Source: Gammaproteobacteria bacterium
GTDB lineage: Bacteria > Pseudomonadota > Gammaproteobacteria > Steroidobacterales > JBCCMA01
Assembly: GCA_045106455.1 (NCBI GenBank)
Contig: JBGCEL010000009.1
Coordinates: 70,790-134,789 of the forward strand
Length of the DNA stretch: 64,000 nt
Direction: 5' to 3'
In this document: positions 28,049 to 39,296 of the stretch, piece by piece
Layout: the number at the start of each line of letters is the position of its first letter
Position numbering within the stretch: position 1 is the stretch's first letter
The notes under the pieces: generated by a model
Database searches by the model: none
Told to the model about the DNA's origin: nothing
What the model saw: the letters and a program-made list of their open reading frames with translations, nothing else
Program-made: the position numbers and the translations under genes

Positions 28049-29110
28049 ATGCCCCTCCAGTCTCTCGCGATCGCTCACTTCCGCTGCCTGCGCGAAGTGA
28101 GCGTTGAGGCTCATCCCCAGCTGAATGTCATCGTCGGTCCCAATGGGTCCGGCAAAACCAGTTTCCTTGAAGCGCTGTATTTCCTTGGCCGTGGACGTTC
28201 GTTCCGATCAACCCGCACCCGTGGGCTTGTTCAGGACGGCGAACAACGGTTTGTCGTGCGGGCCGATCTGGATGGCGTGCCCAAGCGCATTGGCGTGGAG
28301 GGTGGCGGGCCCACGCTCCGCGTTAAGGTAGATGGACATAACGCCAACGGTTTGGATGTATTAATTAGAGCGCTACCGGTTCAGGTGATCGAACCGGGTA
28401 TTCACCGGCTTGTGGACGCTGGGCCAAGCCAGCGCCGCGCGTTCCTGGACTGGGGCGTGTTTCACGTGAAACATACCTTCCTCGAGGAGTGGCGGCGGTA
28501 TCAGCGTTCGGTCAAACAACGTAATGCCGTATTGCGTCAGGGTGGCGATCGAAAAGCCGCCGCCGTTTGGGAGGACGCGCTAGTGGCCTCCGGCGAAGCC
28601 GTCCATCAATTGCGCGCCACGTACCTGACAGATTTGCTCCCGCATATAGATAGTGTGACCTCTCGGTTGCTGGATCAGCCCGTTGCTGTGGATTATCATC
28701 GTGGCTGGGGTGACGACGAATCATTGCGCGAGGCCCTGGACCGTAGTTGGGAGCGGGACAGTCGCATTGGCCAAACCCACGTTGGTCCGCAGCGAGCGGA
28801 CCTGAGACTACGATTCGCCACTCGGGTGGCACGCGACCGTGTATCTCGCGGACAGCAAAAGCTACTTGCTGCGTCTTTGGTATTGGCTCAGGTTGGTTTT
28901 CTGGTGGTCAACGACAAAACCAGCCCGGTCCTGCTGCTAGATGATCCAGCGGCTGAATTGGATACCAATAGCTTGGCGCGCCTGTTCTCGGTCACCCGTG
29001 AGCTGGGTGCCCAGCAGTTTATCACCGGATTGGACCCCACTATTCTGCCGGGATCTGACGATGCTCATGTGTTTCACGTGGAACAGGGCACCCTGCAAAA
29101 AGTGGTATAA
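28049..29110 (+). CDS. recF: DNA replication and repair protein RecF
   Basis: 353 aa with Walker A (GPNGSGKTS), an SMC-like signature (SRGQQKLL) and Walker B (VLLLDD). Confidence 0.95.
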   Translation: MPLQSLAIAHFRCLREVSVEAHPQLNVIVGPNGSGKTSFLEALYFLGRGRSFRSTRTRGLVQDGEQRFVVRADLDGVPKRIGVEGGGPTLRVKVDGHNANGLDVLIRALPVQVIEPGIHRLVDAGPSQRRAFLDWGVFHVKHTFLEEWRRYQRSVKQRNAVLRQGGDRKAAAVWEDALVASGEAVHQLRATYLTDLLPHIDSVTSRLLDQPVAVDYHRGWGDDESLREALDRSWERDSRIGQTHVGPQRADLRLRFATRVARDRVSRGQQKLLAASLVLAQVGFLVVNDKTSPVLLLDDPAAELDTNSLARLFSVTRELGAQQFITGLDPTILPGSDDAHVFHVEQGTLQKVV

Positions 29111-29137
29111 TCACGGGCTTACCTCGAGGGCCTGTGA

Positions 29138-31561
<2,424 letters not shown>

Positions 31562-31583
31562 GACCCGAATTGCTGCGAAGCGC

Positions 31584-31630
31584 GCTCGCCGGTGGCAACG
31601 CCATCCGCGAGCCTCATATTTTATTATTTA
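31584..31630 (+). terminator. Probable rho-independent terminator of gyrB
   Basis: GCTCGC...GCGAGC outer stem with a GGTGGC/GCCATC inner stem (31584..31612), followed by the T-rich run CTCATATTTTATTATTT. Confidence 0.45.
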
Positions 31631-31797
31631 AAATCATAGTGTTGCCACATTTCATCGGCGAATTGTAATTCTTTTGTTTCAGCCTGCACTGAAACTTTCG
31701 AACTTACAGCCGAGTTGTTGGGCTGCGAAAGTGTGACTGCTAGACTTGACACCTGACATGTCAAGCTATCCATAAACTTTGAGATCGAGGAGTCGTA

Positions 31798-33060
31798 ATG
31801 ACGCCGCCAAATAACCCCGTTGGAATCGACGCCATGGCCTTTGCCGGCCCACAGTGCTATCTGGACATGGGCGATCTCGCCCGAGCGCGTGGCGTTGACC
31901 CGGACAAATTCATCCTCGGTCTTGGGCAGGAGCAAATGGCCGTGGCCACGCCGTGCGAAGACACGGTCACGCTTGCTGCCAAAGCCGCGCAAGATGCGCT
32001 TACCCGATTTGATATCGATCCTGACGAAATTGGCACACTGATTGTTGGCACCGAGACCGGCGTCGATCACGCTAAACCGGTCGCGGTGTACGTGCATGAA
32101 ATTCTGGGTTTGCCTACGAATTGCCGCACCTTTGAAACCAAACACGCGTGCTTCGGCGGCATGGCAGGCGTCGGCAGCTCTGCAGACTGGATTGCCTCCG
32201 GTCGTGCACGCGGCCGCAAGGCACTCATCATTGCGTCGGACATTGCTCGCTACGGAATGAAAACCGCCGGCGAACCTACCCAGGGCGCTGGCGCCGTGGC
32301 GCTGGTCATCGGCCAAAACCCGCGTTTGATGAATCTGCATCTGAATTGCATAGGCGATTACACGCGCCAGGTCATGGATTTCTGGCGTCCACTGTATTCA
32401 AAATATGCGTTTGCGGATGGTCACTATTCCATCCAGTGTTATCTGGATGCGCTCGAAGGCGCTTTGTCGGATGCCAAGAGTCAGATCGACGATCCACACT
32501 TTTTGAACACCGACGCGATGGAAGCGTGCTTTTATCACGTGCCGTTTGTGAAGATGGCGCGCAAAGCGCACAAGCGTCACGTCGAACTGCAGCACGAGAT
32601 CATGAACGACAAGGCGATCGATGAATCGTATCGCAAGCGCGTGGCCCCGTGGCTCACGCTGAACGCCAGTGTCGGCAACATTTATACGGGCTCGATTTTC
32701 CTCGCACTGATCGATTTTCTGCGTCGCGTTGATGAAGCCAAGCAGGGCAAAAACACCAGCTTCTTTGCCTACGGCAGTGGCTGCGGTGCTTCCTACTCCG
32801 CCGGCCAAGTGGCCGACAACGCCGCGGCGTTTCGTCATCTGGTGGATCCCGCCGAGCAGCTTGCTGCGCGTCGTCGCCTTACCGTTGAAGAATACGAAGA
32901 GCTCATGCGTGAAGAAGAACACGCGGATGAAAACGAAGCGGGCAATCTTGATCCAACCCGCTGGCGTCTGGATGGCGATTTATTTTATCTGGGCACGCAC
33001 AACCATCAGCGTCGCTACGGCGATCTTCCAGCGGCCGGTCAGGTACGCCGCGCGGGCTAA
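31798..33060 (+). CDS. Hydroxymethylglutaryl-CoA synthase family protein (MvaS-like)
   Basis: 420 aa. The catalytic contexts are present: Glu (GTETGVDHAKP), Cys (ETKHACFGGMAG) and His (FADGHYSIQ), plus NIYTGSIFL. A GAGGAG ribosome-binding site lies upstream. Confidence 0.85.
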   Translation: MTPPNNPVGIDAMAFAGPQCYLDMGDLARARGVDPDKFILGLGQEQMAVATPCEDTVTLAAKAAQDALTRFDIDPDEIGTLIVGTETGVDHAKPVAVYVHEILGLPTNCRTFETKHACFGGMAGVGSSADWIASGRARGRKALIIASDIARYGMKTAGEPTQGAGAVALVIGQNPRLMNLHLNCIGDYTRQVMDFWRPLYSKYAFADGHYSIQCYLDALEGALSDAKSQIDDPHFLNTDAMEACFYHVPFVKMARKAHKRHVELQHEIMNDKAIDESYRKRVAPWLTLNASVGNIYTGSIFLALIDFLRRVDEAKQGKNTSFFAYGSGCGASYSAGQVADNAAAFRHLVDPAEQLAARRRLTVEEYEELMREEEHADENEAGNLDPTRWRLDGDLFYLGTHNHQRRYGDLPAAGQVRRAG

Positions 33061-33090
33061 GCCGGCGCTCGACTTCGCGCGCGACAAGCG

Positions 33091-33495
33091 TTGCCCATGT
33101 TCCTTGTTCTGATCGGACTGGGTGCGCTGGCCGCTGTGCCATTTCTTTATTTCGTAAATCAATTGCGCTCGCTTGCTGTGGCGCTCGTGGTCGTCGCGCT
33201 GATTTACGTTTTGTTTGCGCTATTTTCTCCAGCGAGCGCCGGCTGGATAATATGGGAGCTCGCTGGCGTCTTAGCGTTTGGACTGTTCGCCCTGGCCAGC
33301 TTTCGCTTCGGTTTTGCTTGTCTTGCGGTAGGCTGGGCTGGGCACGTATTGTGGGATGTGGTGCTTCATCAGCATTTCTATCAACCCGATTTCGTGCCGG
33401 GCGGCTACCCGACACTCTGTCTTGGTTTCGATGTTGTGGTTGCCGGGTATTGTTTGTGGCGATGGCGTACGAATGCACCGCTACCATCTCACTAG
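33091..33495 (+). CDS. Hypothetical integral membrane protein (about 4 TM)
   Basis: An ORF with four hydrophobic segments. I do not recognise a family. The ATG at 33097 is a likely alternative start. Confidence 0.5.
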   Translation: MPMFLVLIGLGALAAVPFLYFVNQLRSLAVALVVVALIYVLFALFSPASAGWIIWELAGVLAFGLFALASFRFGFACLAVGWAGHVLWDVVLHQHFYQPDFVPGGYPTLCLGFDVVVAGYCLWRWRTNAPLPSH

Positions 33496-33525
33496 AAGCC
33501 ATCCACCGAACTTTGTGAGGATAAC

Positions 33526-33891
33526 TTGAAGCCAAAACCCCATATTGTTGTGACCACCGTTGCCTGTGTACTGGGCCTGCTTGGTATCGCCGCTGCGGTC
33601 CCCAAAATTATGCAGATGCCTCAGGAGTTGCAATTCCTGCGCCATATTGGACTCGACGGAATTGCCGTGAGCGTACTCGGCATCGTTCAACTGATCGGGG
33701 GTTGCTTGCTGTTCCCAAGAAAACACCGGTTGCTTGGCGTAGGCTTAAGCTGCCTGGCATTTGTCACTTCAAGTGTGGCGATTTTTGCAGGTGGAAACAT
33801 CCAATTCGGACTGATGTCTCTGCTGCCGGTTTTTGCGCTAGTCGGCATTGCCTATTATCTGCGTAGCGATGCCCGCAGTAATGTTGTCTGA
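33526..33891 (+). CDS. DoxX-like small membrane protein
   Basis: 121 aa with a TTG start preceded by GAGGA. It has four TM segments and a DoxX-like pattern (GIVQLIGGCLLF). Confidence 0.55.
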   Translation: MKPKPHIVVTTVACVLGLLGIAAAVPKIMQMPQELQFLRHIGLDGIAVSVLGIVQLIGGCLLFPRKHRLLGVGLSCLAFVTSSVAIFAGGNIQFGLMSLLPVFALVGIAYYLRSDARSNVV

Positions 33892-33924
33892 GGTGTTTTC
33901 GCGCCACGCCCCCCAACGCATTCG

Positions 33925-34632
33925 ATGACCGCCATGTCCGGGCTACTCACTATGCCACTTATCGCGAAAGCCAGACTGGCCGGTTGGCTCTACCTGTTGG
34001 TTATCGCAGGCGGTCTTTTTGCAGAGCTCGGAGTCCGTCAGCAACTCATCAATGCGGGCGATTCCCACGCCACCGCGCTCAATATTCTGGCTAACGAGAA
34101 TCTGTATCGACTCGGCATGAGCATTAACCTGGCCTACCTTCTTTGCAACATCCCGTTCGCCGTTCTCTTCTATGAAATCTTCCGCGCCACCAATCGCCTT
34201 GTCGCGATAATGATATTGGTGGGTATTGCGATCACCACCACGATCGAGGCGGCCAATCTATTCAACCTGCTCGATGCGCTCGAGCACCTGACGGGACCTT
34301 TCTATGCCAGCCTGTCGCTGACCGATCGCTACGATCTGGCCTATGCCTCGTTACAGAATTTTTCATCGGGCTTTGCGATCAGTCTGGTTTTCTTTGGCGC
34401 GGTTTGTCTTCTGTACGCCAGAGCCATCTTCGAATCCAACCTCATACCTCGTCTAATCGGCGCGTTAATCGCCCTTACTGGTGTCTGCTATATCTTTAAC
34501 AGCTTCGCCATGTTCCTCGCACCTGATCTGGCGGCATCATTGTTTCCGTACGTTATGTTGCCTTGCTTTGTCGGCGAGCTGACGCTGGCGCTTTGGCTTT
34601 CGATAAAAGGCATTAGGGATAAGGCTGAGTAA
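33925..34632 (+). CDS. DUF4386 domain membrane protein
   Basis: 235 aa. ARLAGWLYLLVIAGGLFAELGVRQQLINAGDSHATALNILANENLYRLG is the typical DUF4386 N-terminal pattern. Confidence 0.65.
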   Translation: MTAMSGLLTMPLIAKARLAGWLYLLVIAGGLFAELGVRQQLINAGDSHATALNILANENLYRLGMSINLAYLLCNIPFAVLFYEIFRATNRLVAIMILVGIAITTTIEAANLFNLLDALEHLTGPFYASLSLTDRYDLAYASLQNFSSGFAISLVFFGAVCLLYARAIFESNLIPRLIGALIALTGVCYIFNSFAMFLAPDLAASLFPYVMLPCFVGELTLALWLSIKGIRDKAE

Positions 34633-34700
34633 GTCTGCTAATATTTTTAGCCTGCAGCTGCCACCCGGCGCCGCGACTGAGAAAAACCCCGAGACCCTTC

Positions 34701-34928
34701 ATGCCCGTCCTGCTGACCATCATTTTTCTAATCGCGCTCTGGTTTTTTCTTGGACGAAATCCCCCGCAAGAATCACCCGAGCAGGTGGAGCACGATTTGT
34801 TGTCGCGCTGCCTTGGCGACAAAGCACAGGCCGAGCGTTTGATTGGCAACGAAATGCGGCGCTCACCGCGAATTTCTCGCCATAAAGCGGCGAGGCGCGC
34901 CATCAAATCGCTTGCGCGGGATCAGTAA
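34701..34928 (+). CDS. Small hypothetical protein (one N-terminal TM plus a basic helical tail)
   Basis: 75-aa ORF: MPVLLTIIFLIALWFFLG, then ...CLGDKAQAERLIGNEMRRSPRISRHKAARRAIKSLARDQ. The coding call is weak. Confidence 0.4.
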   Translation: MPVLLTIIFLIALWFFLGRNPPQESPEQVEHDLLSRCLGDKAQAERLIGNEMRRSPRISRHKAARRAIKSLARDQ

Positions 34929-35074
34929 ATGAGCACAGGGGTGTTGAAGCAAACCACACCGCGCCATCACTACCGTCGTTGCCGGCGGTTGATTGCTGCC
35001 ACCCGGGCGCAGTATTGTGGTGATGCTCACCGCGAGGTTCTCGCCATTCACAATTGGCGTCGGAGGCCGCAAAT

Positions 35075-35497
35075 ATGAAAGGACTCATGTTGATTGCACT
35101 GCTGCTAGGTTTTTGGATTGTTCCAACCGCAGGGGCCGCCAATGAAAATTCCGCACGGTTGGGTGTGAGAATTACCGATGGTGCGTGGTGCCCGAATACT
35201 GAAAAATCGATAGACAAGTACGATGGAGGTATTTGTGTGCTCCGCGTGTTCGCCGGCAGCGCAGCCCATCAACTGGGATTGCAATACGGAGATCTGATCG
35301 TTGAATTCAATGCGCGTCGCTTCGAGACCGCAGATGAATTTGCAGCGGCCGTTGGTTCACATAAAGTTGGCGATCCATTCCGGCTATTGATCGTGCGTGA
35401 TCAGGACGAGTTTGCATTGGACAGTACGTTCAACAATTGGGATGTACCTGGTCAGTCCAGGGCAAAAATCATCTATCCTCTACGCAACTCTGATTAA
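35075..35497 (+). CDS. Secreted PDZ domain protein
   Basis: The ATG at 35075 is preceded by GGAGG. It has a signal peptide (MKGLMLIALLLGFWIVPTAGA) and a PDZ-like core (VLRVFAGSAAHQLGLQYGDLIVEFN). Confidence 0.65.
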   Translation: MKGLMLIALLLGFWIVPTAGAANENSARLGVRITDGAWCPNTEKSIDKYDGGICVLRVFAGSAAHQLGLQYGDLIVEFNARRFETADEFAAAVGSHKVGDPFRLLIVRDQDEFALDSTFNNWDVPGQSRAKIIYPLRNSD

Positions 35498-35530
35498 CGG
35501 CTAAGCTCGCGACAAACGGAGACTCAGACT

Positions 35531-35902
35531 ATGCTCGCATCAGGCACTTTCAGCGTAAAACTCACGCCACAGGACGACGACCGTTTCCCGGCCGGACGCA
35601 TGTTGATTCGCAAGACCTATGCGGGCGAACTCACCGCCAATGCGACGGGCCAGATGATCAGCAAAAGAACGGATTCTGGACCGGCGGTTTACTACGCGCT
35701 TGAAGAAGTGGCTGGTTCGCTGGCGGGCAAAAAAGGGTGTTTCACGCTGCTGCACAAAGGCTATATGGATCAGAATGGGCAGGTGCTGGACGTGTCCATT
35801 CTCCAGGGCTCAGGTACGGGCGACTTTCAGGGAATTTCCGGCTCGATGGTCATAGAGCAAATTGAGGAAGGCCACGAGTATCGGCTGACCTACGAGCTGT
35901 AA
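35531..35902 (+). CDS. DUF3224 domain protein
   Basis: 123 aa. GTFSVKLTP...YYALEEVAGSLAGKKGCFTLLHKG...GSGTGDFQGISG is the typical DUF3224 pattern. Confidence 0.7.
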   Translation: MLASGTFSVKLTPQDDDRFPAGRMLIRKTYAGELTANATGQMISKRTDSGPAVYYALEEVAGSLAGKKGCFTLLHKGYMDQNGQVLDVSILQGSGTGDFQGISGSMVIEQIEEGHEYRLTYEL

Positions 35903-35914
35903 GCGTCGGGCATC

Positions 35915-36361
35915 TTACGTCGGAAGTTTCACTTCCTGATAGGTGGTCGAAATAAGCGAGTGGAGCTTTTCGACGCTCAACGGCTTTTCGACATACTCGG
36001 TGACAAAATCATAGGCGAGGGATTTCTCACGGTCCTGTCGGTCGGCCGACGATGTGAGCATGACGACAACAAAATCCTGCTGCGGATCGACAAGGCCGTC
36101 GTCTTTTAATTTTTGAATACCCGCCAGCATCTCGAAACCGTTCATGCCCGGCATGTTGATATCGAGGAAAATGAGCGGCCGCGGCGGAATCGGACTAAAG
36201 CGCTTGGTAAACTCGTCGCGGTTGGACAGCATGTCCAAACCCTCAACACCATCGCTGACCTCTTCCACACCACCGACCGCTTCCGATCTATTCAAAACTC
36301 TGCCAGCGATATAGCGATCAATGTCGCTATCGTCAATGATAAATGCCGTTATCTTGTTCAT
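35915..36361 (-). CDS. Single-domain response regulator (CheY-like)
   Basis: 148 aa with an acidic pocket (IIDDSDID) and a phospho-acceptor context (IFLDINMPGMNG). It overlaps the upstream kinase gene by 4 nt. Confidence 0.85.
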   Translation of the reverse strand: MNKITAFIIDDSDIDRYIAGRVLNRSEAVGGVEEVSDGVEGLDMLSNRDEFTKRFSPIPPRPLIFLDINMPGMNGFEMLAGIQKLKDDGLVDPQQDFVVVMLTSSADRQDREKSLAYDFVTEYVEKPLSVEKLHSLISTTYQEVKLPT

Positions 36362-37824
36362 GCTTGTTCTGTGGACGTGTCGGTGAGCGCGATCGAAAAC
36401 GTCGTGCCTTGTGGGCTGCTGCGAAATGAGATCTTGCCGCCAAGTTGATCGATGTGTGTTTTCACTAACGCGAGGCCCAGACCGTGGCCCGGCTCCTTGT
36501 GATTGCCGAAGCGTTTAAAGACCTCAAATACTTGCTCCTGCCGTTCCGCGGGAATGCCGATACCGTTGTCCTCGACGATCACCGTCACTTTTTGGTCTAT
36601 CCTCTGGGCCCTTATCATAACAAATGGGTCTGTTCTGCTCTTGTCAGCATAGTGAATGCCATTATAGACAAGATTTTCAATAACTTGGCGTAGACGTGTG
36701 GGCTGCGTGAAGATGCGGATCGGCGCATCGATAGCCAGTTCCAGCGTCACGCCCCGCTGTGCGGCCAGAACCTCAGCGGCCTCATAGATATCAGCCACAA
36801 CGTCTGCGATGGAGAGCTGTACAGAGCTTTCTTGCAGCGTACCCGATCGAGCGACACCCAAAATGCTCTCGATCAGCGACTTCAATTTTCTCGTGAGTCT
36901 GCGCGCTGTCACTGTATTGGAACGCGCTGCATCGTATTGTTCGGCTTCCATATCCGCTTCGACGCAACTCAACAGTCCCTCAACCGAGGCAAGCGGCGCC
37001 TTGAGATCGTGCGACGCGCTGTAGGCAAACTGTGCAAGCTCCTGGTTCAGGCGCTTGAGCTCGATATTTTTTTGACGCAGGTGTTCCGTGCGCTCCTGGC
37101 GCTCGGTGATGTCGATAACCGTGGCCATGATGAGCCTCTCAACGGCGCTGTCGATCGGCGTCAGGCCAATCTCCAGCGGAAACTCCGAACCGTCTTTACG
37201 CTGGCCCATCAGCGTCAGGTCGAAACCCATCGCGCGTTTCGAGGGCGCCGCAGAAAACCCGGAACGATGCTCCTTGTGTCGGGTGCGCAGCGACTCGGGT
37301 AGCAAATTGTCAATATCCACGCCAATCAGCTCGTCGCCCGCATAGCCAAAAATATCGTGGGCGTTGGTGTTGGCCAGTACAATCTTGCCGTGAACATCCG
37401 ACATGATCATGGCGCTGGCCGCGGAATCAACCGCCAGACGCATCATTTTCTCAGATTCTCTGCGCGCATTCCGATCCAGCAATGACGCCATGACATAGGA
37501 TTCTTGATCCAGTTCGAAATGGCTTAGACCGATTTCCAGAGGAATTTCTCGACCAGAACGGGTGACGCCAAACAAACTACGCCCCGCACCCATCTCTCGA
37601 ACTTTTGGATCACGCAGATACTGGGCGCGTAACGTCGTATGTCCATCCCGTTTGTTTACGGGCAACAACCGCTCAATAGTCTGTCCGAGCAACTGCCCAC
37701 GCTCATATCCGAACAACTGGTCTAGCGCTCTATTTGTGAAGACGATTGAACCGCCCTCATCCACGATGACCATGGCATTCGGTGCCGCATAAAAAGCAAG
37801 CGAGAATTGCTCGAAGACCTTCAC
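36358..37824 (-). CDS. Cytoplasmic PAS-PAS sensor histidine kinase
   Basis: 488 aa with two PAS-like repeats. It has an H-box (SHDLKAPL), an N-box (YNGIHYAD) and G-boxes (DNGIGIP, GHGLGLALV). Confidence 0.9.
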   Translation of the reverse strand: MKVFEQFSLAFYAAPNAMVIVDEGGSIVFTNRALDQLFGYERGQLLGQTIERLLPVNKRDGHTTLRAQYLRDPKVREMGAGRSLFGVTRSGREIPLEIGLSHFELDQESYVMASLLDRNARRESEKMMRLAVDSAASAMIMSDVHGKIVLANTNAHDIFGYAGDELIGVDIDNLLPESLRTRHKEHRSGFSAAPSKRAMGFDLTLMGQRKDGSEFPLEIGLTPIDSAVERLIMATVIDITERQERTEHLRQKNIELKRLNQELAQFAYSASHDLKAPLASVEGLLSCVEADMEAEQYDAARSNTVTARRLTRKLKSLIESILGVARSGTLQESSVQLSIADVVADIYEAAEVLAAQRGVTLELAIDAPIRIFTQPTRLRQVIENLVYNGIHYADKSRTDPFVMIRAQRIDQKVTVIVEDNGIGIPAERQEQVFEVFKRFGNHKEPGHGLGLALVKTHIDQLGGKISFRSSPQGTTFSIALTDTSTEQA

Positions 37825-38026
37825 GACACTTTGGTTTCCCTACCACGCAGACCGAACGCAATTTTACTCTGTATCGGCCGTTTTCCAAAACCCTTAATCA
37901 AAGGCATAGAGGCACGGACTCTGGCAGATGGCGTCCGATCCAATGTATCCTGCAAAAAATTGTGGCGTTTACGCGCCATGAAACGAAGAATTTGCGGGTA
38001 AACATAATGGCGACTCAAGCCTTGGC

Positions 38027-38590
38027 GTGCCCGCCAGCTTATGGATTGAATCTATGCACATCATTATTGGGGCATTGGGAAGCATCGTCACGATTTTGTG
38101 GCTATTGCACCGTTTGGCGGAAATGGGGATCGACCTTGGCGGTTTGAACCCGTGGTTGTGGCAGCGTCGGCGCCACTGGAAGCAGAAGTTTGAGGGCAAT
38201 CCGATTTTCGGCCTCGATGATCCGATGGAGGTCACTGCACTTCTGATTGCCGGTATCGCCAAATCCGACGGCGATATCAGTCTCGAAGAAAAGACCGAAA
38301 TACTGAGCATTTTTGAAAACGAATTTCAGCTTTCGAAGCGAGATGCGGCGGGTCTTTTACTTTCCACGACACATCTTCTGGGCCGTGGCGATGAGTTCAG
38401 CGGTGACCTGACCGGCATCCTGAAGCCAAGTCAGGACGCGTTTACTGAGCATCAGGCCAAATCGGCGGTTGAGTTGATGGAACGCATGGCGGCTGTGGGC
38501 GGTGGTGCCACCGAAACAAAATCGAACCTTGTAACCACGGCGCGTGAAGTGTTACTCGGTGCGCATGGTCCTAAAGGCACGTGGCACTAA
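38027..38590 (+). CDS. Membrane-anchored TerB-like (DjlA N-terminal-like) domain protein
   Basis: It has one N-terminal TM segment (IIIGALGSIVTILWLL). The TerB-type motif is ALLIAGIAKSDGDISLEEKTEILSIFENEF. The start is GTG 38027 or ATG 38054. Confidence 0.6.
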   Translation: MPASLWIESMHIIIGALGSIVTILWLLHRLAEMGIDLGGLNPWLWQRRRHWKQKFEGNPIFGLDDPMEVTALLIAGIAKSDGDISLEEKTEILSIFENEFQLSKRDAAGLLLSTTHLLGRGDEFSGDLTGILKPSQDAFTEHQAKSAVELMERMAAVGGGATETKSNLVTTAREVLLGAHGPKGTWH

Positions 38591-38593
38591 AAC

Positions 38594-39289
38594 GTGTCGA
38601 CGATGAAAACAGGCATTTTGCGGCTTGCAACGCTTTTGCTATTCGGGCCGGTCTGGTTGTTGGCCTGCACCACCACTCACGACGTGCGTCCACTGCCAGT
38701 GTTCGTGAAAGCTGCATTGTCCGTCGGCGACAAAGTCGATGTGGTGACGATCGAGGACGCTCGCCATTCTTTCGTATTGACCGACGTGGGCGACGAAACG
38801 ATTTCCGGCGAAAGCCAAACATTTCACTTGCAGCAGATCAAAGTGCTGGCGAAACATGCGGTGGATGAGCCTGCGTTACCGTGTGGCGATGGCGAGCCGT
38901 TCAATTGCTCTGTGCCGCAAACGCTTAGCGACTTAACTGATCAAGCCGAGCACTTCAGTTCCATGTTTCACGAAGCGTGTGTGCAGCATGACTATTGCTA
39001 TCGTCACGGGGCGCGCACTTACGACTATGATCAGAATCATTGTGATCAGGAGTTTCTGGCCAACATGCTGGACGTTTGTCCGCCAGCTGCTGTGGATCTT
39101 ATCGGCTCCGCCCTGTCATTTCTAAATGACGACACTGAAAATACGTTGAGCTGCGTGGCCGTTGCGAACGCCTTTCATCAAGGTGTCCGGCGCTTCGGCG
39201 CTACCCACTTTCGCGATGAACACAGCAGCTCGTGTGAGTATGAAGGGCCGTTGGAGTGGCGACAGAACGGTGCATTGAATCTGAAGTAG
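38594..39289 (+). CDS. Lipoprotein with a C-terminal secreted phospholipase A2-like domain
   Basis: The lipobox is LLAC, in MKTGILRLATLLLFGPVWLLAC (an alternative ATG start is at 38603). A Ca-loop-like PCGDGE is present. The active-site-like C-x-x-H-D-x-C-Y signature reads ACVQHDYCYRHG. Eight Cys lie in the C-terminal ~150 aa. Confidence 0.6.
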   Translation: MSTMKTGILRLATLLLFGPVWLLACTTTHDVRPLPVFVKAALSVGDKVDVVTIEDARHSFVLTDVGDETISGESQTFHLQQIKVLAKHAVDEPALPCGDGEPFNCSVPQTLSDLTDQAEHFSSMFHEACVQHDYCYRHGARTYDYDQNHCDQEFLANMLDVCPPAAVDLIGSALSFLNDDTENTLSCVAVANAFHQGVRRFGATHFRDEHSSSCEYEGPLEWRQNGALNLK

Positions 39290-39296
39290 GCGCAAG

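Noticed and set aside
31624-32340. 238-codon ORF on the minus strand spanning the gyrB-HMGS spacer and the 5' part of the HMG-CoA synthase gene
   Set aside because: It is a shadow ORF opposite a well-supported HMGS coding frame with intact catalytic motifs. Its sequence has no family resemblance.
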